Shown here: positions 45,101-56,294 of the stretch, in pieces
How the letters are laid out: each line of letters opens with the position of its first letter
Position numbering within the stretch: the stretch's first letter is position 1
Translations under genes and position numbers: made by a program
DNA from: Macrostomum lignano
Taxonomy: Eukaryota
Assembly (NCBI GenBank): GCA_002269645.1
Contig: NIVC01001035.1
Coordinates: 62,001-126,000 of the forward strand
Direction: 5' to 3'
Length of the DNA stretch: 64,000 nucleotides
The notes under the pieces: model-generated
The model's input: the letters and a program-made list of their open reading frames with translations, nothing else
Databases searched by the model: none
Told to the model about the DNA's origin: nothing

Positions 45101-46793
45101 TGAGTGTCATTTCTAAGCTCTCCATTTGATTCTATATATTGACAGCGCTAGTTAGAGATTCTGAGAGTAGCGGGCTCTGCGTCATCTTTGCACCTGTGTA
45201 TATCAGCCCCATTGAGTGTCATTTCTAAGCTCTCCATTTGATTCTATATATTGACAGCGCTAGTTAGAGATTCGAGGAGTAGCGGGCTCTGCGTCATCTT
45301 TGCACCTGTGTATATCAGCCCCATTGAGTGTCATTTCTAAGCTCTCCATTTGATTCTATATATTGACAGCGCTAGTTAAAGATTCGAGGAGTAGCGGGCT
45401 CTGCGTCATCTTTGCACCTGCGTATATCAGCCCCATTGAGTGTCATTTCTAAGCTCTCCATTTGATTCTATATATTGACAGCGCTAGTTAGAGATTCTGA
45501 GAGTAGCGGGCTCTGCGTCATCTTTGCACCTGCGTATATCAGCCCCATTGAGTGTCATTTCTAAGCTCTCCATTTGATTCTATATATTGACAGCGCTAGT
45601 TAGAGATTTGAGAGTAGCGGGCTCTGCGTCATCTTTGCACCTGCGTATATCAGCCCCATTGAGTGTCATTTCTAAGCTCTCCATTTGATTCTATATATTG
45701 ACAGCGCTAGTTAGAGATTTGAGAGTAGCGGGCTCTGCGTCATCTTTGCACCTGCGTATATCAGCCCCATTGAGTGTCATTTCTAAGCTCTCCATTTGAT
45801 TCTATATATTGACAGCGCTAGTTAGAGATTCTGAGAGTAGCGGGCTCTGCGTCATCTTTGCACCTGCGTATATCAGCCCCATTGAGTGTCATTTCTAAGC
45901 TCTCCATTTGATTCTATATATTGACAGCGCTAGTTAGAGATTCTGAGAGTAGCGGGCTCTGCGTCATCTTTGCACCTGCGTATATCAGCCCCATTGAGTG
46001 TCATTTCTAAGCTCTCCATTTGATTCTATATATTGACAGCGCTAGTTAGAGATTCTGAGAGTAGCGGGCTCTGCGTCATCTTTGCACCTGTGTATATCAG
46101 CCCCATTGAGTGTCATTTCTAAGCTCTCCATTTGATTCTATATATTGACAGCGCTAGTTAGAGATTTTGAGAGTAGCGGGCTCTGCGTCATCTTTGCACC
46201 TGTGTATATCAGCCCCATTGAGTGTCATTTCTAAGCTCTCCATTTGATTCTATATATTGACAGCGCTAGTTAGAGATTTGAGGAGTAGCGGGCTCTGCGT
46301 CATCTTTGCACCTGCGTATATCAGCCCCATTGAGTGTCATTTCTAAGCTCTCCATTTGATTCTATATATTGACAGCGCTAGTTAGAGATTCTGAGAGTAG
46401 CGGGCTCTGCGTCATCTTTGCACCTGCGTATATCAGCCCCATTGAGTGTCATTTCTAAGCTCTCCATTTGATTCTATATATTGACAGCGCTAGTTAAAGA
46501 TTCGAGGAGTAGCGGGCTCTGCGTCATCTTTGCACCTGCGTATATCAGCCCCATTGAGTGTCATTTCTAAGCTCTCCATTTGATTCTATATATTGACAGC
46601 GCTAGTTAGAGATTTTGAGAGTAGCGGGCTCTGCGTCATCTTTGCACCTGCGTATATCAGCCCCATTGAGTGTCATTTCTAAGCTCTCCATTTGATTCTA
46701 TATATTGACAGCGCTAGTTAGAGATTCTGAGAGTAGCGGGCTCTGCGTCATCTTTGCACCTGCGTATATCAGCCCCATTGAGTGTCATTTCTA
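30145..46793. repeat. 112-bp satellite array, ~148 monomers, 16.6 kb
   Basis: Monomer AGCCCCATTGAGTGTCATTTCTAAGCTCTCCATTTGATTCTATATATTGACAGCGCTAGTTAGAGATTCTGAGAGTAGCGGGCTCTGCGTCATCTTTGCACCTG(T/C)GTATATC; line phase recurs every 1680 bp = 15 units. Confidence 0.99.
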
Positions 46794-47863
46794 GTAATGA
46801 ATAGTGCTAATAGTTAATAGTGCTTCTTTAGTAATGGCTTTTTATCAAATACAATTTTGCTTTGCTTTTATTTTTGGTTTGGTCTCCTGCTGTGAGCGTT
46901 TCACTTTTTGTCTAAATATTGTTTTGTATTATGCACAGTGGTTTTTTCGGTGGCGTTTTTCGCGCTTTTCCCGATCTTTCCACCGTAGCTGGAGTTCGAG
47001 TAAAGATAAGAATCGCAGTTCTCACGATTGTTTAAAAACAAATACGTGCTCTGAGTATGCTCAAGATTGCGCAATGCTCAGTGACCATGATACGTGGTTC
47101 ATGGTGGAAGATACCTATCTAAGCAAATTTGTTGCACCAAACTTATGATTGCGCCATTATCGTAAAGAATAGTGTCAAGCAGTTCCAAATATGTAAAATT
47201 GTAAACTTTAATTAGACACCAAAGTGGAGTTAAGATTGCAACCTATGAATTTTTATCTACTCTTTGATTTGTTGATGACTGACTTCATCCCAATTTTTGA
47301 GCATATACATCTTTTTCTTGCATATTTAATCTATTTCTCGAATTTCTATTTTGCATCATTCATTCAATTCCTATTCAATTCATTGTGTGTCATTTCTTTG
47401 TTATCCACTGCCCACTGTATATTGACAGCAGCGGATCTCACAGAGCTACTCAATGAATTGAAAATGCAGAAATAACTGAGTGTTCGAAACCCAAACTGTA
47501 TTAGGGTCGATCAGTGAGTGTGGCTGTGAATGAGGCAGTGAATGTGAGTGAGGCATATTGTACCTATTCTATGTTTCATGCTGGCTAATGCGCATGTTTC
47601 ATTTTGAATCAAAGTAATTTGGTGTCAAAATGAGTCACTACTGAAATGAGGCAGTCCACCCCTCTGAGTCTAAAAGCATAGTGGATTTGACACGTACTAT
47701 GAACGTGAAATATTTTGACCACCCCATTCCGAACCAATGAAAATTAGAGTGAACTTGTTGATGTCAAACTGCCGCTTCATATAGAATGGGACTTCAGTTG
47801 GCCCTTCAAAAAGCCAGATTTCTAATTGTCAATTAATTTCATTTTTTCAATAAATTAACCCAA

Positions 47864-48732
47864 ATGTCCAAACAATTGGAGTTCATAAAACAGCTGATAA
47901 GCCGCAAAGGCAAATGCTATGACGTCGCTAAGCGGCAAAAGTCGTTTGAGAAAGAGCTCGCCGCGTCTGATCGATTCCAGTTAATGGTAAGTGAAGGTGA
48001 TGAGCAATATTTTTACCAATAACTGCCCTGTCTCTACCATTCTGCCCTGTCTCTACCATTCTGCCCTGTCTCTACCATTCTGCCCTGTCTCTACCATTCT
48101 GCCCTGTCTCTACCATTCTGCCCTGTCTCTACCATTCTGCCCTGTCTCTACCATTCTGCCCTGTCTCTACCATTCTGCCCTGTCTCTATCATACTGCCCT
48201 GTCTCTACCATTCTGCCCTGTCTCTACCATTCTGCCCTGTCTCTACCATTCTGCCCTGTCTCTACCATTCTGCCCTGTCTCTACCATTCTGCCCTGTCTC
48301 TACCATTCTGCCCTGTCTCTACCATTCTGCCCTGTCTCTATCATACTGCCCTGTCTCTACCATTCTGCCCTGTCTCTACCATTCTGCCCTGTCTCTACCA
48401 TTCTGCCCTGTCTCTACCATTCTGCCCTGTCTCTACCATTCTGCCCTGTCTCTACCATTCTGCCCTGTCTCTACCATTCTGCCCTGTCTCTACCATACTG
48501 CCCTGTCTCTACCAATAACTGCAATTTCTCTACTCAGACCGATGCGTCACAGCCCGGCTCAGCTGAGCAGCCGCCCGCTGCAGCTCAGCAGCCGCCCGCC
48601 GCAGCTCAGCAGCCGCCCGGCCCAGCTGAGCAGCCCAAGTCGCATGCCGGGCAGGAGTACATTTGCCCATTTGGTGACTGCCTACCAATGCACTATTCTA
48701 ACATGCTATTAAAACTATTTTCTAACATGTGA
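47864..48732 (+). CDS. Candidate two-exon gene (47864-47986, 48538-48732), 105 aa, unknown; Gln/Pro/Ala linker and a YxCPxxxC motif
   Basis: ATG at 47864, ATG|GTAAGT donor, ctactcAG acceptor, phase 0/0; intron filled by a 19-bp minisatellite; the true 3' end is uncertain. Confidence 0.5.
48023..48513. repeat. 19-bp minisatellite CTGCCCTGTCTCTACCATT
   Basis: Tandem periodicity. Confidence 0.97.
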
Positions 48733-49106
48733 AACATGTAAATATAATATAATATTTGAAACTTATTAGCTCGTAATCCAATATACTTTATAACTAAAAT
48801 TCGTATGCACGTAAAATATAATTATAAAATTTGCAAGTAAATAATATATATATATAACTAAAATAGCTGGACTTGTGTCTAATGCGATTTATTTGAAACC
48901 CTTTGGAGCTGCGACCGAATTATTTTCGCATTTCTACTATTAGTAGCATGTAATGCAAAATTTACAGTTTTTTGCGAAACTTTTATGTGTCATATTTCGA
49001 AATATTCTGGTCGGATATATTTTTTGGAGTGTCATATCTGTGATGTGGCCTGTCGGGTATCCCCTACGATGTGCGTCATTTCTATATTTTGGGTCATCAC
49101 TGATAA

Positions 49107-50480
49107 TATAGGGACGAGGACAGGAGGGCGAGGTCGTCGGGGTAGCCAAGCACGCTGCATGCATAATTAGGCGCTTTTCGCCGTGGCGGCGACCGATGCG
49201 TCTGCGCAGCAGGAAGCCGTCGTCAGCAGAGGGGAGTGCGGTCCGAAGCACCCAGTCCAGCAGCAGCACGAAGAGGAACGGCGCCAGCGTGTCGCCCTGC
49301 AAAACTCTTGATGAAGTGTCGAACAGGTCAGACAGGCCGTCCGCCGTCACCACAGCAGCTCCAGTATCGCAATACAGCGCCATGACAGCGTCGATTAGCT
49401 GCTGGGGTACCCGGTAGGCTCGAAGTACGAAGGGAAGCGCGGCTCTCAGCACCGAGTCAAACGCCTTTCGAAAGTCTACGAAGACAATGATCAGCGTAGA
49501 CTGGCGGATGCGCGCCTCCTCGATGACACGGCGGAGTGCGAGGATCTGAGTCAGTGTACCGCGTTGCGGCCGGAATCCGTTCTGCTCGTACCGCAGGTAC
49601 GGGTCCAGCACCGCGCGCAACTGCAGGCGATCTAGCAGCAGCTGGTTGAAGAGCTTCGCGGTGCAGGACATCAGCGAGATCCCGCGGTGGTCTTCTTTCC
49701 GCGTTGTACCTGCCTTCTTCGGGATCGGCACGATGTGCGCGACGGTCCACTCGGTGGGTGCAGGAGCGCCGCCGGCGAGCACGCGGTTCATGGCCCAGCC
49801 AGGAAGTCGAAGAAGGCACGAGCCTCCTCGGGGTGAGCAGCGGTGGGTGCATACGCGCAGCACAGCCGGATGCAGCGGGCGCGCAGTCGCAGGTCAACCC
49901 GCATCAGTCGCGGGGACAGCGAGATGCAGTGCACGCTCTGCTGGAGGCGCGGTCCGATCAGCACGCCGACACCGCCCCGACCACGGTCGTCTGCCGACGT
50001 GTACAGGAGGCTCCAGCCGTCTCCAAAGTCCTCAGAGTGGAGCCCCAGCTCAGCCACGATAGAAACCTCCTGAAGCGAGACGAAGTCCAGCTGTAGGTCG
50101 TGGGCCAGCTGGACAAGGATGGTGCGACGCCAGGGGGCCTTCAGAGTTCGGAAGTTCATCGTTCCGAGTCTGAGGCGGCCACCTGGTACAGCTGGGGCCA
50201 GATGAAGGTTGGCCTCGTGGTCCCCGGCGCCACCCGGCGGATCCATAGCTGGAGTTGCAGGGACTGGGGGCGACAGGCGCCTGGCCGCGCAACGGGGTCA
50301 CCCTCGCCGGTTGCGCTCGCGCCGCCGCTCAGTGCGACGTCGCGCGCTGCGCCGACCGACCTCTGCGAGTCCCTGCTGAGATGAACTTTGCTACCGCAGC
50401 CGAAGCGCGCCCGTCCGAGCCAATCGAGGTCATCCGCGGCCTGATGACCTCTGATGATCTCCACCTCGATGCCAGGAGGT
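49107..50480 (-). mobile_element. RTE-like non-LTR retrotransposon relic: partial APE endonuclease joined to partial RT, 3'-truncated
   Basis: EN motifs GTMNFRTL, LQEV, GGVGVLI, AYAPT. RT motifs IVPIPKK, RGISL, EQNGFRPQRGT, FVDFRKAFDSV, QGDTLAPFLF, and a frameshifted GYPDDLALL. Confidence 0.92.
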
Positions 50481-51084
50481 CAGTACTGTTGCACTAATTA
50501 TGTCAGTACTGTGACCCGAGTTATGTCAGGTACAATGACAATAATTGTCAGTAGAATGACACTAAACATGATACCTACAAATCTGTGCCGAATTAATTTA
50601 GATTTACATTTAAATTAAATTTAAACAATTATATTAAAATCTTCAGGCGCTTCTAATGCCACTGGTGAGTAGTGTTGTAAGAGTTTTAAAGGCAGAGAAA
50701 TTTCTAATTTTAATAAAAATAATCTTTAGGAGCATGAAAGTAAGAATTTTATCGATATAATCCCGTATTTTTGGCTGTGAATATTTAGATTTATTACACT
50801 TCAAACCGTACCATTTAGTGCTCTGCCCCAATATTGAGTAGTAAAAATAGTAATATGTTGTAACATAATGAAATAAATTCAAATTGCAGTATTTTTACAC
50901 GATTGGCGCTTATTTCACAACAAAATATCCTATTTAAGTATGAAACGACACGGCAAATGTAGAGTCAAAATCAAAGCAAAATTAATCAGAAAAATTGCAC
51001 TATGCAAGGTCGCGACAGAACTTGTAGTTTTTGTAGAAGTCGAAGCAGAAAGCAATAGTCTGTTTTTGAGAATTCCAGAGATAG

Positions 51085-51465
51085 AAATCCCTACTAATTC
51101 CTAGAAATTCCACGAATTCCCAGAAAAATCTCAGACATTCCCACAAATTCCAAGAAATTCAAAGAAATTCTAAGAAAATCCCACAAATTCTACGAAAATC
51201 CCAAAAATTCTAAGAAAGTCTCATAAATTCAAGAAAGTCTCATAAATTTTAAGAAATCCCCATAAATTATAAAAAAAAGTCCCATAAATTGCAAAAAATC
51301 CTACAAATTCCCAGGTCCCACAGACAGTCCCACAGATTCCAAATCCTACAAATTCCCAGAAAATCCCATTAATTTTAAGAAAGTCGGGGACCATAATTTC
51401 TAGGAAAACCCCACAGATTCTAAGAAACTCCCACAAACTCTACGAAAATCCCACAAGTTCTGCAG
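51085..51465. repeat. Degenerate AAATCCCACAAATTC-type tandem repeat
   Basis: Imperfect periodicity. Confidence 0.7.
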
Positions 51466-51479
51466 TTCCAAGAAAAAGT

Positions 51480-53890
51480 TCAGAACGCTCTAAAAATCTC
51501 CTCGGTCGTGAGCTCGCGGTCGCGCTCAACAATTTCAGCATTGCGGCCGCGCAGATATCGCGCTTTGCGCGCCTCCTGCAGCAGCGCCCGAAAGTTGCGC
51601 TCGATTCGTCCAATTTCGGCGTCCTGCGCCGCCGGCTGGGCCACTGACGTCACCTCTGGCGCTCCGTCGTCGATAACTTCGCCGCGTCGAACTCGATTGG
51701 CCTTCGCCGGCGCAGCCGCCGCCGCCGCCGCCGCCTCATCAGTCACTTTCGGCGTCCTCCGCTGCCGGCGGAACCTCCAAGCGGCGGTCGCATCGGCGCC
51801 CAGCGCCGGCCGCCAGCTGTCGACGAATTCGCAGAGACGACGAATGGCGCCGTCGCGCGATCGGCGAGCCTCACAGCTGCGCAGGAATTTCTCCAGACTG
51901 AGGCCGTCGATCTGCACCTCCTCTGCGCCGCCGCCGCCGCCGTTGCTGCCGTCCAACTGCTCTCGCTGCCTGGCAACGAACTCTGCGAGACGGGCCGCCT
52001 CCCAGTCGGTGAGGTCGCTGAACTCGTTGACCGTCGGCAAGTCGTCGCCGGTGTTGTTGCCGTCGGAGGAAATCTCGGCGACTTCGACGGGCTGCTGCTC
52101 CATGTCGTGCAGAAGGCGCTGAGATCTGGGAGTTGGAGGTGTGCGACCGGGGCTCGAAGCCGAATTTACATGTACTTTGATATCTTGTGCGGTCCCCAAC
52201 AGTCAGGCTCACTTCAAGCAAAGAAGTAAGTGTCATGTGCTGGAGAGAATTACTGAGATGTCAAGGCTCACGGAGAATAACTGAGATGCAAATGATTACG
52301 GGGGGGGGGGTTTCTGAGACGTCAAAATAAAAGTCAGAAGCTACTTCAAAGTACATGTAGTTTACTCAATTTTTTTATTGCATTCTTTGTTGGCTCGCCA
52401 CGGGGGGGGGCGCTGATAGAAGAAGAGTCATGTCGAAGTTAAAAGATTCATTTGGGAATTTGTTACGATGTCAAGGCTTGGAGGGAATCGCTATAGTGCT
52501 GTGATTCTTGGGGAGGAATCACTAAAATGTCAAGGCTTAGGGGAGAAGAATGCTGCGATGTAAAGGCTTTAAGGTTAGGGCTAGGGTTTGGGTTTAGGTC
52601 AGGTTTGGGTTTAGGGTTAGGGTTTAGCGGGTTTCAAGGTTGACAGGGGATTTTTCAGATTTCAAGGTTTATGGGGGGCATCGCTGAGATGTCAAGATTT
52701 GCGAGGGGAATAGCTGAGATGTCAAGGCTCACAAGGGATTGCTGAGGTTATTGCAAAGAGAAGCTGTTGTTTAAACAGGTAGGAAACATGTAGTTTATTA
52801 AAAAGTTGAATAAAGCCTTGACAAAAGAAGCGTCATGTCAGACATTAAAGAAGCGTCATGTAAAAAACGTCACATGAAACTGTGTGCTGTGACTCTTGGG
52901 AAGAATAGCTATGATGTCAAAGCTTACGGGGGGAATAGCTGAGATGTCAAGGCTAAAGTCAGAAGCTACATGTAGTTTATTCAAAACTTTTTATTACATT
53001 AATATTTGTTGGCTACTCACGGGGGGGTCGCTGGTAGAAAAAGCGTCACGTAAAAAATAAAAGAAGCGTCATGTCGAAGTTCAGAGATTCATTTGGGAAT
53101 CCCTACGATGTCGAGGCTTGCAGGGAATCGCTATAATGCTGTAGTGCTATAATGACTATTGGTGAGAATTACTGAAATGTCAATGCTTTAGGGTTAGGGT
53201 TAGGGTTAGGGTTAGGCTAGGGTTAGGGTTAGGATTAGGGTCGACAGATTTTTTTAAGATTTCAATGCTTATGGGGGCATCGCTGAGATGTCAAGGGGGG
53301 AGTTGATACCAGTATGTTAAGACTTGTGGGGGGAACTGCTGATATGTCAAGGCCTACAAGGGACTGCTGAGATATAATGCAAAGAGACGCTACATGTAGT
53401 TTATTAAAAAAAATTGTACTGCATTTTTGGCTCCCCAACGGGAGGCGCTGATTGCTAGTTAGCCCAAAATTCGATGTCTTGATGTGACAGCCTTCGGAAT
53501 CGAACTCGGAGATCTTCACCGCTGAGCTACATGTAAGCCTAGATTTACATGTACTAACCGCCACCGGTTCAGCTTAACCCACCTGTGCCGGGCCTGCTCG
53601 CTGGTGTACCGGTCCAGCCGAGCCTCCATCCCCGCCCGCTGCCTTCTCAGCCGCTCCAGCTCGGCGTCCGTGGCCACCGCCTCCGACACGAGGCGGCGTC
53701 GCAGCTGCTCGCCGGTCCGTCGCGACTGGCGGTGCGACTCCGACGCCAGCTGATAGGAGCGCTGGCGCATGGCGCGGCCCCACTCCACTCGGCGCTTACC
53801 AACAGGCATCCTGGGCGAAGCAAGCGGCAGTTCGGATGACGGATTCTGGACCGCATGTAGATTGAGCAGCATTATGCCTTGATGAGGCAT
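51480..53890 (-). CDS. Unknown protein, two exons (53583-53890 and 51480-52125), ~317 aa; N-terminal coiled coil; may instead be the 5' part of the PCNT-like gene
   Basis: GC-rich coding-like exons; CAG|GTGGGT donor and ctcccAG acceptor are phase-2 compatible (alternative acceptor at 52152); TGA at 51480-51482. No family recognised. Confidence 0.65.
52330..53400. repeat. Diverged ~625-bp tandem duplication, each copy carrying a TTAGGG tract (52575-52622 degenerate; 53188-53240)
   Basis: Shared anchors AAAGTCAGAAGCTAC (52330, 52955) and GATTCATTTGGGAAT (52445, 53086). Confidence 0.8.
53490..53530 (-). other. tRNA-like A-box/B-box fragment lacking an anticodon arm (SINE-head relic?)
   Basis: Minus strand TAGCTCAGCGGT followed after ~10 nt by GAGTTCGATTCC. 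Confidence 0.4.
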
Positions 53891-54424
53891 TTATTAACAC
53901 CTGCTAATCAAGCTGTTTCCAGCCTCCATTCGCCCGGTGGCTAAGAGGCCAATGACAGTCTTTGGCTAACGTCTAATCCAGATTCTATTCGTAGTCCATG
54001 AACGAGCAGCCCGAAAACAGCACCCAACGGGGGGTGGCTGCACTAGAGCTGCTTCCTGTCGCGCCGTCTGCCAGCTACTAAAGTTTCTCTGCAAATTTAC
54101 TTTGTCAAAGCCTCATCTGTGTTTTGCTCGGTCAGCCAGCGAGGCACCGGCTGCAGCAATAGGCCGTGTTTCTGCTTGTGGAAGACTGCTTAGCTCAATT
54201 GCCTGCCACTCACCCACCTGACTGTTAATGGACTTAAAAAGCCCTTCATAGTTGCTGCTCAGTTTTCCATTACGAAAATTGAGTTGGCTGAGAGGTTCGG
54301 AGCGGCCGAGATACCTAAAGGGCAGCTGCAGGGACTGCAGGTGAAGATTAGGGGTTTAGAGAAAGCAGAGATGAGAGATTGGAGGAGAAAATGAATAGGG
54401 GCGAGCAGTGAGTGAGAATAGACG

Positions 54425-55298
54425 AGAATAGAGTGAGATTGAGAGTCAGTCACTGAGAATAGACTGAGATTGATAGTCAGTCAGTGAGAATAGACTGAGA
54501 TTGAGAGTCAGTCAGTGAGAATAGACTGAGATTGAGAGTCAGTCAGTGAGAATAGACTGAGATTGAGAGTCAGTCAGTGAGATAAGACTGAGATTGAGAG
54601 TCAGTCAGTGAAAATAGACTGAGATTGAGAGTCAGTCAGTGAGATAAGACTGAGATTGAGAGTCAGTCAGTGAGAATAGACTGAGATCGAGAGTCAGTCA
54701 GTGAGATAAGACTGAGATTGAGAGTCAGTCAGTGAGAATAGACTGAGATCGAGAGTCAGTCAGTGAGAATAGACTGAGATCGAGAGTCAGTCAGTGAGAA
54801 TAGACTGAGATCGAGAGTCAGTCAGTGAGAATAGACTGAGATCGAGAGTCAGTCAGTGAGAATAGAGTGAGATTGAGAGTCAGTCAGTGAGATAAGACTG
54901 AGATCGAGAGTCAGTCAGTGAGAATAGACTGAGATCGAGAGTCAGTCAGTGAGAATAGACTGAGATCGAGAGTCAGTCAGTGAGAATAGACTGAGATCGA
55001 GAGTCAGTCAGTGAGAATAGAGTGAGATTGAGAGTCAGTCAGTGAGAATAGACTGAGATTGAGAGTCAGTCAGTGAGAATAGACTGAGATTGAGAGTCAG
55101 GAATAGACTGAGATTGAGAGTCAGTCAGTGAGAATAGACTGAGATTGAGAGTCAGGAATAGACTGAGATTGAGAGTCAGTCAGTGAGAATAGACTGAGAA
55201 TGAGAGTCAGGAATAGACTGAGATTGAGAGTCAGTCAGTGAGAATAGACTGAGATTGAGAGTCAGGAATAGACTGAGATTGAGAGTCAGTCAGTGAGA
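54425..55298. repeat. 31-bp minisatellite GAGAATAGACTGAGATTGAGAGTCAGTCAGT
   Basis: Tandem periodicity. Confidence 0.95.
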
Positions 55299-56294
55299 AA
55301 CCGATTAGGATTGAGTCTGTAAATAAAAGGCTGCAATGGCGGCACAATGGACAGGCAGGCAGACAGCCAAAATGAAAACAGCCGTTCGAACAATGGAAGC
55401 CTTGACTGCATAAACAGCTTTCCGAGTTGTCATTGTGAAGACCCAATGCAGACGTCAGAGGGGCAGCTGTTCTCTCTGTCATTTATATTTTATTATATTA
55501 TAATATCATTATTATTATGACCCACCCACCTGACCCCCCCCCCAATTCAAGCCTCGGCATGGCAATGGAAAAGCTACTCAAAAAATATAATCTGTTTATT
55601 ACAGCCTCATCATTAAACTGGGAGGCTGGGCGATGCAGTAAAACAAAAAACACAGCTTAACAATTTTACAATGGAGAAGTTTTATGGAGAGGAAAGTTAA
55701 TAATCTTTTTATTGGCGGCTATAAAATAATTTGTTAATGCACAAGTGAATTTTTTTTTAATTTTGTTAGTTTTTTATAAACTGCAAACAAGTAGTATTAT
55801 GGAAAATTGAAGTGTATTTTATTAAAAATACAAAAAAATCATTGATGAATTTCAACTTGAATAGAATAATAAATAGCAGAGCTGAAGCAATAATTGCAAT
55901 CGGTCGGGAAATGCAAGACTAAACTTGGGAGCTGGGCGTAAAAATGGAAATTTTTTAAGTCAGCATAAGGTCTAAGTGCTGATCTGACGCTTTATAAAGT
56001 CTACTACGATACATATCGGTGAATATGAAATATTAGAGACCATTGCTTTTATATAGCTTTAAAGTCGTTTACGCAACATATCGGCGTATTTTTCTAGTTT
56101 GAATACACATAAACCAATTTTTCAGAGTACGATACATATCGGCTGTTTTTTATCAAAAGCACACCCAAAACAACTTTTTAAAAAGTATGTTTTCGATACA
56201 TATCGACAATCGTAACTCTGATGATATGATATGATACTAATGAAAAAAATTGCAACGAAAATAACAAGTTTCATATTTTTAGCTTCAGAGTGAA

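Noticed and set aside
30145-46793. CRISPR array, tandem RNA gene (5S, SL, snRNA) or ribozyme array
   Set aside because: No unique spacers, eukaryotic context, and no Pol III boxes, Sm site or CUGANGA/GAAA core recognised in the monomer on either strand.
46804-47475. 114-aa and 83-aa plus-strand ORFs after the satellite
   Set aside because: AT-rich, non-ATG starts, hydrophobic low-complexity translations and no recognisable motifs.
50250-50500. HDV-like ribozyme at the LINE 5' end (known in some RTE elements)
   Set aside because: Only a simple 9-bp hairpin (GAGGTCATC/GATGACCTC) was found; no nested double pseudoknot could be built by eye.
50930-51060. Possible terminal exon with a hydrophobic tail for the 51.5-kb gene
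   Set aside because: It needs a weak donor near 51486 and two frames are equally plausible; unsupported without RNA data.
55300-55435. Short minus-strand ORF resembling a signal peptide (MTTRKAVYAVKASIVRTAVFILAVCLP...)
   Set aside because: It stops after 42 codons, with no donor site to continue it.
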